Positions 1 to 8,890 of a stretch of 37,122 bases of DNA are shown here, one piece after another. This DNA comes from an uncultured delta proteobacterium (GTDB lineage: Bacteria; Desulfobacterota; Binatia; JACPRU01), in NCBI GenBank assembly GCA_963745025.1, contig CAVUWD010000004.1:1-37122 (forward strand). The letters run 5' to 3'. The notes under the pieces were generated by a model, which did not search any database, was not told where the DNA came from, and worked only from the letters and a program-made list of their open reading frames with translations. Numbering within the stretch: the first letter of the stretch is position 1; each line of letters starts with the position of its first letter. Position numbers and translations under genes: made by a program.

Positions 1-13
1 TGCCTTATGCGCC

Positions 14-97
14 CCGTAGAAACGGGGCGTCTCGTGTTTGGGCAGCGTCGGATATTGAGGCTTTACGTCAACTCGGCCGCCTATCCCGGCTATCCTC
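14..97 (+). repeat. 84-bp junction element, copy 1
   Basis: CCGTAGAAACGGGGCGTCTCGTGTTTGGGCAGCGTCGGATATTGAGGCTTTACGTCAACTCGGCCGCCTATCCCGGCTATCCTC; near-identical copies at 4557, 7268 (half), 13318, 15900 and 17587. Confidence 0.97.
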
Positions 98-781
98 TCG
101 AATCGTTTCGTGGGTTTGGCTCAAGATTCACGCGCTCCGGCCGTCGTTGGTCGGAGGGTGCCGCCCGCTGGAGTTACTGGACGTTCTCCCGGAGAAGACG
201 TGGAAAGTGCGCCATCGAGCCCGCCTCACTCCATTTGGAGTTCCGCTCGAAGCGGTGGTCGCGGAACGACTGCCGAGCGGTGCGTATTGACTGATGTCGG
301 AGGGCGCAGAGCAGCGTCGAATTATCGCAAGAGTCGAGAGCCCATGGTCGTCGCGGAGGAGTGAACCGATGGACTGCATGGTCGTCGGCGTTGTGTGTTT
401 CGCGCTCGGCTTCGCGGTCGTGTTTCGCTGGGGCGATTAGGACGCCGCCGCGCTCGACGCCGCCCGGAGTCGGGGCACGGTCTGCCGGCGCTCGCCGCTA
501 CCGTGACCTCGGGAAGCGAATCGAGCACGGCTTGCTTTCGCTGTACATGGATCCGAACGACGCGCGCGAGCGTGGGCGAGCCTATCCTCGCCAGCGCGGT
601 CGGTCACGTCTGGCGGAGTGATCGAGCGCGCCGCGAGCAGGACACGGCAGGATCAGGAATCCCCTCTTTGACGAGACCAAACAAAGGGGTAGCAGCGAGG
701 CACTCAGCGAAACGCGCTCAAGGCCGCGTTGACGAGCCACCGAACCAAGCCCATTATTCCATCGTGCCCCGCGTCGTGTTC

Positions 782-1288
782 ATGGGCGTGTTGGCGACGA
801 TGCTCGCCCTGTCCGCCCCTACGCAAGCGGCCATCTTCGCGTGGCGCGACACGGAAGGCGTCACCCACTTCGTGGACAACCTCGGTAATGTGCCTAGCGA
901 GTATCGCGAGAGTGTCGTTACATTCGTGAACGATTGGAAACGGCCGGCGCCAGCGGAAAGTGTGTCGCCTGCGCCGGCACCCGACCCGCCTGTGGTGCCG
1001 AGCGTGGTGATTATCGAGGCCGGCCCTACGAGCTTCGAGCGGGGTTTTTGGGAAGGGCTCCAGAGCGCGATGGCAGCGCAGCCGGCGCCGGTGGGCGTGT
1101 CGGTCGGCTCGATCGTCCAGAACGTACAAATCATTACACCACCACAGCTCGCCACAATGTTGCCCTTGTTCGGACCCGTCTTCCCCGTTCGCATGCGCCA
1201 GCATCGGAGGCACGTTTTCGCCCCGAGGTTTCGGGGTCGGTTCATCCACGGCCCGGCAGGTCCACCGCCGGGCGTTTTCTTTAGATGA
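782..1288 (+). CDS. DUF4124-like secreted protein with Pro-rich linker
   Basis: Signal-peptide-like N-terminus, then AIFAWRDTEGVTHFVDN (xYxWxDxxGxxHFxD-type motif); start codon uncertain. Confidence 0.65.
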   Translation: MGVLATMLALSAPTQAAIFAWRDTEGVTHFVDNLGNVPSEYRESVVTFVNDWKRPAPAESVSPAPAPDPPVVPSVVIIEAGPTSFERGFWEGLQSAMAAQPAPVGVSVGSIVQNVQIITPPQLATMLPLFGPVFPVRMRQHRRHVFAPRFRGRFIHGPAGPPPGVFFR

Positions 1289-1343
1289 ACTCGCATTCGA
1301 ACCCATTTGAGGGTCGCCAGTCGTAGACAAGGGAGGGTAAACC

Positions 1344-2099
1344 ATGAAGATCGTCGTCATCGGCGGCACCGGCCTGATCGGCTCGAAGACCGTCGCCATT
1401 CTGCGCCAGGGCGGCCACGAGGTCGTCGCCGCCTCGCCCAATACCGGCGTCAACAGCATCACCGGCGAGGGCCTCAAAGAGGCCATGGCCGGCACGCAGG
1501 TGGTGATCGACCTCGCCAATTCGCCCTCATTTGAAGACAGGGCGGTGCTGGAATTCTTCGAGACCTCCGGCCGCAACCTTCTCGCGGCGGAGGCCGCAGC
1601 CGGCGTCCGGCACCATGTCGCGCTATCCATCGTCGGAACCGACCGGACGCCCGACAATGGCTATTTCCGCGCCAAGGTCGCCCAAGAGAAACTGATCGAG
1701 GCCTCCGGCATCCCCTACACCATCATCCGCTCGACCCAGTTCCTGGAATTCCTCGGCGCCATCGCCGATTCAAGTGCGCATGGAAACGTGGTCAGGCTTT
1801 CGCCCGGCCTGTTCCAGCCCATCGCGGCGGACGACGTTGCTGCCATCGTCGCCGATGTGGCACTCGCGGCGCCGCGAAGCGGCATCGTCGAGATCGCCGG
1901 CCCGGAACGAGCACCGTTCAACGAAATCGTCGCCCGCTATCTGAAGGCGGTCGGCGACCCGCGTGAGGTCGTGCGTGACCCCGAGGCCCGATACTGGGGC
2001 GGCCGGGTCGAGGAGCACTCGCTCGTGCCGTTGGGCGAGGCGCGCCTCGGCCGCATCGGTTTCGACGAATGGCTCCGCCGCTCACAGGCAAGAGCCTGA
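1344..2099 (+). CDS. NmrA/atypical SDR family NAD(P)-binding oxidoreductase
   Basis: MKIVVIGGTGLIG Rossmann motif, YFRAK, RBS GGAGG upstream, 251 aa intact. Confidence 0.9.
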   Translation: MKIVVIGGTGLIGSKTVAILRQGGHEVVAASPNTGVNSITGEGLKEAMAGTQVVIDLANSPSFEDRAVLEFFETSGRNLLAAEAAAGVRHHVALSIVGTDRTPDNGYFRAKVAQEKLIEASGIPYTIIRSTQFLEFLGAIADSSAHGNVVRLSPGLFQPIAADDVAAIVADVALAAPRSGIVEIAGPERAPFNEIVARYLKAVGDPREVVRDPEARYWGGRVEEHSLVPLGEARLGRIGFDEWLRRSQARA

Positions 2100-2242
2100 T
2101 CCTGCATCCGAGGTACCAGGACTCACCCGCTGGCCGAGCGGCTGAGGTCTCGGCACGCGCACATCAGACTGATCGCACGGGCGACTCGATCGACAGGACA
2201 ACGAAAACTCGTTGCGCTTCGTTCTTCCTAGCGGCACTCCTG

Positions 2243-2608
2243 ATGCTCGCAGCCGTCCCGGCCGAAGCCGCAGACGTGAAGGAACTGTTCGCGATCGATC
2301 TCGCGGACTACCCGGGCAAGGAGGGTCGCATGATTGAGGTGTCGTATCCGCCGGGCGCACAAGACGTGGTCCATCGGCACGACGCCCATGCGTTCGTCTA
2401 CGTGCTCGAAGGCCAGATCGTCATGCAGTTGAAAGGCAAACCTGCCGTCACGCTCAAGGCAGGGCAGACGTTCTACGAGGGTCCTACCGATGTTCACGTC
2501 GTGGGGCGCAACGCCAGCAACACGGAGCCGGCCAGGTTCGTCGTGGTGCTGCTGAAGGCCAAGGGGGCTCCCATCCTCACGCCGGTGAACGAAGACTCGG
2601 ACAAATGA
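2243..2608 (+). CDS. Cupin domain protein
   Basis: HRHDAHAFVYVLEG...FYEGPTDVH cupin motifs; the signal peptide probably begins slightly upstream. Confidence 0.85.
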   Translation: MLAAVPAEAADVKELFAIDLADYPGKEGRMIEVSYPPGAQDVVHRHDAHAFVYVLEGQIVMQLKGKPAVTLKAGQTFYEGPTDVHVVGRNASNTEPARFVVVLLKAKGAPILTPVNEDSDK

Positions 2609-2669
2609 CGCTCGACGCCTTGGCTGTCGTAGGGCAATCGAAGGGCGAAGCGGCCGCGGAGGGCATTCC

Positions 2670-3065
2670 ATGGGGGACGATCTCGCCGAAGCTAACGTCA
2701 ATCGCTCGTATTCGCTCGCCGCGACGAGCATCGCGATCTTCACGTTCATACTGTTCTTTCTGTATCCGAGGTTCGAGAGCGGCGAGATCAACGCCTTACT
2801 GTTTCAAGCCACGTTAGTCGTGATGGGTGTGGCGACGTTCTCATTCGTGTTCGCGTCCTTCCACTACTACTGCTCCTCGCTTGGCAGCCCGATCGATGAT
2901 GCCGAGCGGGCTCTGTACTCCCAGCGAGCCGATCGCTTCTGGCTGCTCGGTTACACCCTGCTGTTCCTCGGTCCGAGCCTGATCCTCTTCTCGATTGGGC
3001 TTCTTGCCGTCGGCTCTGCGTGGTTCGCACTCTGGCTGGTGTACTTACTCTTCGTGATCCGCTGA
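2670..3065 (+). CDS. Small multi-pass membrane protein (C-terminus possibly frameshifted)
   Basis: GGAGG RBS and four hydrophobic segments. Confidence 0.6.
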   Translation: MGDDLAEANVNRSYSLAATSIAIFTFILFFLYPRFESGEINALLFQATLVVMGVATFSFVFASFHYYCSSLGSPIDDAERALYSQRADRFWLLGYTLLFLGPSLILFSIGLLAVGSAWFALWLVYLLFVIR

Positions 3066-3436
3066 CTTCCCCAGGATCCAGACCGCGCGGAAAGAGCTCT
3101 ACTCCGGTCCAACATTCAGCTGAGAACCCAACGTGTGGTTACTGTGCACCCGCCGAGCAGACCAGACCCTCCGAGCGGAGCAACGCACGAACCGCGGCAC
3201 CTTCAATCACTGCCACCCTGGGGTCTGCGCACGCCGTGGTAGTCAGCGGACGCGAGACACGCCGCGATGCGATGCCCGTCTTGCCACCGAGAATCGAGTG
3301 GCCCAGCGAGCGAATGCATTGGAACAAGGGAACATACAAAGCTCGTTAGTTTGCACGGTCCATCGAGCCACCGGCCGGTCCAATGCCTCGATGCAGCATT
3401 TGATGGGCAGCGGCAGCACAACGTCGCCGGGTCCGG

Positions 3437-3555
3437 CCACGCATGCGTTCCGAGGACGACCGCTGGTCGTCCCAATCTGCGCCGTGTTCGAGATCCGAGA
3501 CGGACGCATCGCCGCCTGGCGCGAGTATTTCGATCCGGCACTCTTCGCACGATGA
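3437..3555 (+). pseudogene. C-terminal fragment of a limonene-epoxide-hydrolase/SnoaL-like (NTF2 fold) protein
   Basis: VVPICAVFEIRDGRIAAWREYFD; no matching N-terminus. Confidence 0.65.
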
Positions 3556-3590
3556 TAGGCGTTGGAGTCGTATCCGCCTCAGGAGATTGC

Positions 3591-4508
3591 GTGCATCACC
3601 CTCATCCAATCCTGGTGACCGGCGCGGCGGGCAAGGTCGGAGCGATCGGCCCAGCCGTCACCAGGGCCCTGCTCGACCGGGGATTTAAAGTAAGAGCCAT
3701 GGTGAGGCGCGAGGACGAGCGCTCCAACGCGTTGCGCAGTCTGGGAGCCGATGTCGTCGTCGGCAACCTGCTCGATCTGTACGATGCGCACCGCGTGCTC
3801 GAGGGCTGCCGGCGGGTGTATTTCAGCATGTCGGTCGACTCGACCTATCTGGAAGCGACGACCAACATGGCCGTGGTGTGCAAGCACCACGGCGTCGATG
3901 CGTTCGTGAACATGTCGCAGATGACGGTCTCGCAGATGGACATCCACGCAACGACGGACAGCCCCCAGCACAAGCAGCATTGGCTCGCCGAGCAGGTGCT
4001 GAGGTGGAGCGGCCTTCCGGTGGTGTACATGCGACCAACGGCGTTCATGGACGTGTTTTTCCTGCAGGTTTGCGCCCCGACGATCAGGCGCAACGCGGCG
4101 ATCATGGTGCCGTTCGGATCGGGCAAGACCTCGCCGATTGCGGCGCTCGATGTCGCGCGATGCGTCGCGACGGTTCTCGCGGACCCCGCGCCGCACATCG
4201 GCAGGATCTACGAGCTGACCGGACCGAGCTCCAACACTCTGGCGCAGATCGCTGAACAGTATTCGGACGCGCTCGGCCGGAAGATCTCGTACGTGGACGT
4301 TCCTGTCGCGCCCTGGGAAGACGCGCTGCGGCAGTCTGGAATGTCGCCCCACGTCGCCGCGCATCTCATCACGATGGCCGCTTTGCACCGACAGAACCGC
4401 TACGACCGCCTGACCCGTGATGTCGAGAAGCTGACCGGCTCACCTCCGATGTCGATCACCGACTTCGTGCGCATGCACGCCGCAGAGTTCGCGCCGCAAG
4501 GAAGTTGA
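3591..4508 (+). CDS. NmrA family NAD(P)-binding protein
   Basis: ILVTGAAGKVG; AGGAG RBS before GTG at 3591; typical LRPT and YELTGP-like motifs. Confidence 0.88.
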   Translation: MHHPHPILVTGAAGKVGAIGPAVTRALLDRGFKVRAMVRREDERSNALRSLGADVVVGNLLDLYDAHRVLEGCRRVYFSMSVDSTYLEATTNMAVVCKHHGVDAFVNMSQMTVSQMDIHATTDSPQHKQHWLAEQVLRWSGLPVVYMRPTAFMDVFFLQVCAPTIRRNAAIMVPFGSGKTSPIAALDVARCVATVLADPAPHIGRIYELTGPSSNTLAQIAEQYSDALGRKISYVDVPVAPWEDALRQSGMSPHVAAHLITMAALHRQNRYDRLTRDVEKLTGSPPMSITDFVRMHAAEFAPQGS

Positions 4509-4510
4509 GC

Positions 4511-4556
4511 ATGGCAGGACGCTACCTCGAGGAGTTCGCGCCGGGGCAGAAGTTCG
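4511..4556 (+). pseudogene. N-terminal fragment of a MaoC-like dehydratase, cut by the 84-bp element
   Basis: MAGRYLEEFAPGQKF matches the MaoC N-terminal YxEDFxxGQxF pattern. Confidence 0.6.
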
Positions 4557-4637
4557 CCGTAGAAACGGGGCGTCTCGTGTTTGGGCAGCGTCGGATATTG
4601 AGGCTTTACAACTCGGCCGCTTATCCCAGCTGTCCTC
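4557..4637 (+). repeat. 84-bp junction element, copy 2 (81 bp, 3-bp deletion)
   Basis: Direct alignment to copy 1; lacks GTC after CTTTAC and ends TGTCCTC. Confidence 0.97.
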
Positions 4638-4706
4638 CTGCGCCCGCTGCCGGCCGTGAAGGTGAAGGGCCGGATCGCCGAGGTGGAGGTCTACGCCCTC
4701 GTCTGA
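4638..4706 (+). pseudogene. C-terminal tail of a class III adenylate/guanylate cyclase
   Basis: LRPLPAVKVKGRIAEVEVYALV* (VKG...V.VY motif). Confidence 0.6.
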
Positions 4707-4882
4707 GTCGCAACGACGGCCCATTCGAGTCGCGAAACTTCACGTTAGTGTCTAAGGGTGAATCTCGTTGGCTTGCCAGCCGGCTGGTGACCTTACTACT
4801 GATCAACCACCCTTGAAGCGCAGCGCACCAAGGGTCTATTCGAGAGCATCAGCTCTCGGCCTCGGCCCTCGGCCCAAGAATC

Positions 4883-5112
4883 ATGCGCTGCCCATCCTGC
4901 GGTTTCGAAAACGCGAGTGGCATAAAGTTCTGCGGCGAGTGCGGGGCACTGCTGAAGGTCAAGTGCTCGAGCTGCGGGTTCGCAACGCTCCGGGGATCAA
5001 GTTCTGCGGCGAGTGCGGGAAACCGCTCGCTGAGGTCGCGAAGCCAGGAGCGCCACCGGACCACCGCTCCTATACGCCGAAACACCTCGCCGAGAAGATC
5101 CTGACTTCGCGC
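4883..5112 (+). pseudogene. N-terminal fragment of a double-zinc-ribbon adenylate/guanylate cyclase
   Basis: MRCPSCGFENASGIKFCGECG, then a frameshift, then YTPKHLAEKILTSR and an abrupt end. Confidence 0.8.
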
Positions 5113-5245
5113 GATGTCCTCCGGAGCTCGCCGGGGACGAGAACGGTCGCGAGTGGCCCCACGGAAGTGGCACGGTGGAAAGGAGATCTCGAGCAACGTC
5201 GCCAGGGATCGGCCCGACGGCTCGGTGACACGCGGAACGTTCTCG

Positions 5246-6976
5246 CTACGCTGACGGGATCCCGAGGATCTTGTCGATGTTCTGGAGGAGCGTCGCGTCT
5301 CCGCGCGAGATGCGTTTGGCGTTCATCTCGACGACCAGCATCTGACGCTCGACGTACGCCTTCGCGAGCGGATTCTTCTCCGCCGATAGGCTCGCCTGCT
5401 GCAGGAACTCAACCGAGACGACGACGTCGATCACCATGTCGCAGAGCCGTTTGGCGTGAAGCAGCGCGTAGCTCGGGTCGCCCATCAGCGCCGGAAGCGA
5501 CTGGTTGATCCACTCGATCCCCTGCGCGACCTGTGCAACGAGGTCGGGGTAGCTGCCCTTGAGCCCTTCGAGCTCGGCGCGGAGCTGATCGAGGATCGCG
5601 AAGAGCGCCCCCTTGCTCATCTCCTTAAGCGCGAAGCTCGCCTGGATCTCGGACGTGCCCTCGTAGATCGTCGTGATGATCGAGTCCGAGTGATAGTGGC
5701 CGGCCGGCGTTTCCGACATGTAACCGATGCCGCCGTGGATCTGGATGCCGGCGCGTGTGACTTGGTTCGAGATCTCGGTGCCGAAGTACTTGCAAAGCGG
5801 CGTCAGGAACCGGGTGAGCTGCGTGTTGCGCTCGACCTCTTCCCGGAGCGAAGCGTTCTCGGGATCCTTCGCGCCGCGCTCCGTCTGGAGGTAGAGGCGC
5901 ATCGCCTCCGTGAGATCCATCATCGCGCACGTTCGGTAGAGCAGCGCGCGCGCCGCCTGGATGCTCGCCAGCATGATCGCGAGCATCGCCTTGACGGGCG
6001 GCTGATGGAGGATCGGCGCGCCGAACTGCACGCGGTCGGCGGCGTAGCCGCGCGCCTGCTGGTACGCGGCCTCGGCGATGCCAATGCCTTGCGCCGCAAC
6101 GCCGAGCCGCGCGCCGTTCATGAGATCGAGCATGGCGCGGAAACCTTGCCCTTGGGTGCCGAGAAGAAAACCCTCGGCGCGATCGAACTCGACCACGCAG
6201 GTCGGCGAGCCGTGGATGCCGAGCTTCTTCTCGGTGCGGAGGACCCGGACACGGTTCTGGCGGCCGTCCGGCAGCGTCACCGGGCAGAGGATCAGCGAGA
6301 GGCCGTTCGTCGTGCCCTTCGACTGGTCGAAGGTCTCGGCATCGCGCGCGAGAACGAGATGGATCGGCGCGCCGCCGTTCGTGATGAAGATCTTCTCGCC
6401 TTCGACGATCCACCGATCGCCTTCGAGCGTTGCGCGTGTGCGAATCGCGCCGAGGTCCGATCCCGCCTGCGGCTCGGTCAGGTCCATCGCTCCCTGGAGC
6501 TCGCCGGCGGCGAAGCGCGGCAGGTAGCGCTCGCGGATCTCGTCGGTCCCGTACTTCTGAATGTCGTGCGACACGCCGCCCTGTAGGCCGACGATCGTCA
6601 TCAGGCTCGCGTCGGCGCGTGCGACCATTTCGAGATAGGCCGAGTTGAGCAGCACCGGGAGACCTTGGCCGCCGTACTTGGGATCTAGCGTGAGACAGAC
6701 GAGCCCCGACTCGGCGAGCTTCCGATAGCCTTCGGCGATGTGCGGCGGGACCACGACCTTGCCGCCCCGGAGCTCGGCCGCTTCGTGCCAGTGCTCCTTC
6801 GAGCCCGCCTCGATGTCCTGACAGATCTCGCCGAGTGTCCGGAGGATCATCTTGTAGGTCTCGATCTCTCCCGCGACGTCGGCGGCGTCGGGGTTCCGGT
6901 AGTGGAAGTACCGCTTCCAGTCGACGCGATGATCGACGAAGAGCTCCATGTCGGGATTGAAGAAGTCGCTGGCCAT
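5246..6976 (-). CDS. Acyl-CoA dehydrogenase family protein
   Basis: MDLTEPQAGSDL, GEKIFIT, KLGIHGSPT, QIHGGIGY, IYEGTSEIQ; GAGGAGG RBS before ATG at 6976. Confidence 0.95.
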   Translation of the reverse strand: MASDFFNPDMELFVDHRVDWKRYFHYRNPDAADVAGEIETYKMILRTLGEICQDIEAGSKEHWHEAAELRGGKVVVPPHIAEGYRKLAESGLVCLTLDPKYGGQGLPVLLNSAYLEMVARADASLMTIVGLQGGVSHDIQKYGTDEIRERYLPRFAAGELQGAMDLTEPQAGSDLGAIRTRATLEGDRWIVEGEKIFITNGGAPIHLVLARDAETFDQSKGTTNGLSLILCPVTLPDGRQNRVRVLRTEKKLGIHGSPTCVVEFDRAEGFLLGTQGQGFRAMLDLMNGARLGVAAQGIGIAEAAYQQARGYAADRVQFGAPILHQPPVKAMLAIMLASIQAARALLYRTCAMMDLTEAMRLYLQTERGAKDPENASLREEVERNTQLTRFLTPLCKYFGTEISNQVTRAGIQIHGGIGYMSETPAGHYHSDSIITTIYEGTSEIQASFALKEMSKGALFAILDQLRAELEGLKGSYPDLVAQVAQGIEWINQSLPALMGDPSYALLHAKRLCDMVIDVVVSVEFLQQASLSAEKNPLAKAYVERQMLVVEMNAKRISRGDATLLQNIDKILGIPSA

Positions 6977-7027
6977 GGGACCCTCCTCGCGCTTGGATCT
7001 CATAGCATGATGCGTCACCTGTGGCGA

Positions 7028-7195
7028 GTGCGCATCGGCATCGACCTCGGCGGCACCAAGATCGAAGGCATCATTCTCGCTGACGACGGCCGCGAGATCG
7101 CGCGACGCCGTGTCGCCACGCCTCGCGGTGACTACGACGCGACGCTACGTGCCGTCGCCGAGCTCGTGGCGAAGCTCGAGCGCGGCGACGCGTGA
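7028..7195 (+). pseudogene. Truncated ROK family sugar kinase (about 55 codons)
   Basis: RIGIDLGGTKIE ATP-binding motif; far shorter than a ROK protein. Confidence 0.75.
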
Positions 7196-7267
7196 CCGAC
7201 CGGCGGCGAGCGTTAGCTCAGCCGTTCACGCGCGGCAAGGCACCGAGAGCGCCATGGACGGCCGCCA

Positions 7268-7309
7268 TGAGGCTTTACGTCAACTCCGCCGCTTATCCCA
7301 GCTATCCTC
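7268..7309 (+). repeat. 3' half (42 bp) of the 84-bp junction element, copy 3
   Basis: TGAGGCTTTACGTCAACTCCGCCGCTTATCCCAGCTATCCTC, with the same right end as the other copies. Confidence 0.93.
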
Positions 7310-7561
7310 CGGCGGTTCGGTCCCGCCGGACGTGTCGGTGCAAGCGCGTCGCTGCTTCGAGATCATCGAGCGCGCGCTCGCGCGGATCGACGACGTGGTT
7401 CGCACCCGCATGTTCCTCGTGGACGCCGCGGACGCCGACGCGGTGGGACGTGTCCACGGCAAGGTATTTGGGCCGCGCGTCCTGCGGCAACGATGGTGGT
7501 CGTGCACGGTCTCCTCGATCCGCGCTGGCGCGTGGAAGTGGAAGCGGAGGCCGAGATCTGA
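7310..7561 (+). pseudogene. C-terminal part of a RidA/YjgF family protein, frameshifted
   Basis: QARRCFEIIERAL...DVVRTRMFLVD...PAATMVVVHGLLDPRWRVEVEAEA. Confidence 0.8.
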
Positions 7562-7652
7562 GCGCCGTAAACCAGGCGGCGACGACTCCGGCTCGGCCGC
7601 GCTCGACGACATTTCCGAGCGCCGGAAGCAGCTTCGGCGACAGCGCTTGATT

Positions 7653-7682
7653 TTGACCGCCGCCCCCGCCCGGCGATACGCT
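7653..7682 (+). promoter_or_regulatory. Possible sigma70 promoter upstream of the cassette-like ORF
   Basis: TTGACC-18 nt-TACGCT. Confidence 0.35.
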
Positions 7683-7772
7683 GGCGGCAGGTGGTGGTAC
7701 CGAATTATCAGTGTGGAATTGTTAGCGCGTTATCCTGCAAAGCGCGCCAGCGAACTCGGATCAGAGCCTAGA

Positions 7773-8084
7773 ATGCGACAACATCTTCGATCGGGAATGT
7801 GGCTTCCTGTTTCATACTTGGGGCTCGTGGGATTCGCTGCTCTGTACCTCGGGTACCGCCTTCTTTTCGCGGTTGAGAATTCCGAATTCGCCGGCATGCC
7901 GCTCTTGCTGCTCTCATTGCCCTGGAGCGATTGGCTTGCGCCCATCGCTGGTAAGAGCCTGATCGGTGGGTGGCTGGGTTTGATCTCTGGCGTGTTGGTC
8001 AATGCCGTGATGCTTGGCCTAGTCGGTCGCGGTCTGACCTATCTATTCATCGTGGGCTCGGGTTCCGATGCCGGGACCGCCTAA
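7773..8084 (+). CDS. Hypothetical membrane protein, integron gene-cassette-like
   Basis: Hydrophobic ORF of lower GC; preceded by GTTAGCG at 7721; its TAA stop lies inside the attC R'' box GCCTAAC. Confidence 0.65.
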   Translation: MRQHLRSGMWLPVSYLGLVGFAALYLGYRLLFAVENSEFAGMPLLLLSLPWSDWLAPIAGKSLIGGWLGLISGVLVNAVMLGLVGRGLTYLFIVGSGSDAGTA

Positions 8085-8168
8085 CCCGGGGGTTGAGGGA
8101 CCAGCGCAACCCGTTCTTCACGGCCGGACGGCGTTGAGCGCCGGCCGCTCACCCGCAGGTCGTTACGA
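8079..8168 (+). other. attC-like recombination site
   Basis: R'' GCCTAAC; L'' GGGTTGAG pairs with L' CTCACCC leaving one extra base; long imperfect palindrome; R' GTTACGA; 90 bp. Confidence 0.7.
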
Positions 8169-8182
8169 TGCCGGGGAATACC

Positions 8183-8712
8183 ATGAAGCGCACATTCGAC
8201 CTCGAAGACATCGCGCATGAGATGAAGGCCGCTCAGGACCTGAGCAAGCAGATCGAGCCGCTCAGTGCGCGGTTGAGTGGATTCGACAATGCCGCGGCCT
8301 ACGAGGTGGCATGCTGATCCACCAGGCACGAATCCGCGAAGGTGCCTCGCCCGTCGGTCGAAAGATCGGCTTCACCAACCGCGACATGTGGCGCGTGTAC
8401 GGGGTCTGCGAGCCGATCTGGGCCTTCGTCTACGACTCGACCATCGTGTATCTCTCCGGTTCCCGCGGCGCGTGCCGTCTCGGGCGATTCACAGAGCCGC
8501 GCATTGAACCGGAGATCGTCCTGCACTTTCGGTCGGCGCCGCCGGTAAGCCACGACCCTACCGACATCCTCGCGTGCATCGACTGGATCGCCCACGGAAT
8601 CGAGATCGTGCAGTCGCATTTTCGAGACTGGAAGTTCCAGGCCGCGGACACCATTACGGATTGGGCGCTTCACGGCACGCTGCTGGTGGGTGAGCCGCAG
8701 AGCGTGGACTAG
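8183..8712 (+). pseudogene. 2-keto-4-pentenoate hydratase (MhpD/FAH family), frameshifted and 3'-truncated
   Basis: AAYEVA...VGRKIGFTN...EPRIEPEI...GIEIVQS. Confidence 0.8.
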
Positions 8713-8714
8713 CG

Positions 8715-8890
8715 CCGCGACCGATGCGACATTGATGATGCTTCATATGGGGTGCTGCATGACGCATCATGGCCCAGACGCCGAGGGTGTTGACCTCGAA
8801 ATGGCGGAGCATGCCGGCGGCCGGCAGATCCGTGATAGGCGGCATGTCGGCGACCACGCCGGCCGAGTTCACCAGAACGTCGATGCGGCT
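8715..8890 (-). pseudogene. Internal fragment of an SDR oxidoreductase
   Basis: RIDVLVNSAG...FEVNTLG...AAPHMK. Confidence 0.65.

Noticed and set aside
29-52. Resemblance of GTCTCGTG and GGCAGCGTC to Nextera adapter sequences
   Set aside because: Only 8-9 nt matches, the mosaic end AGATGTGTATAAGAGACAG is absent, and copies share polymorphisms. Not called an adapter, though a library origin is not formally excluded.
14-97. Classical MITE or REP/BIME call for the element
   Set aside because: No terminal inverted repeats or target duplication; GTAG is not followed directly by the main palindrome; copies are mostly intragenic and unpaired; no RAYT gene in the window.
7-294. ORFs beginning or running through VETGRLVFGQRR (7-294, 4505-4816, 17547-17993)
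   Set aside because: These are read-throughs of the repeat into unrelated sequence, with no evidence that they are real genes.
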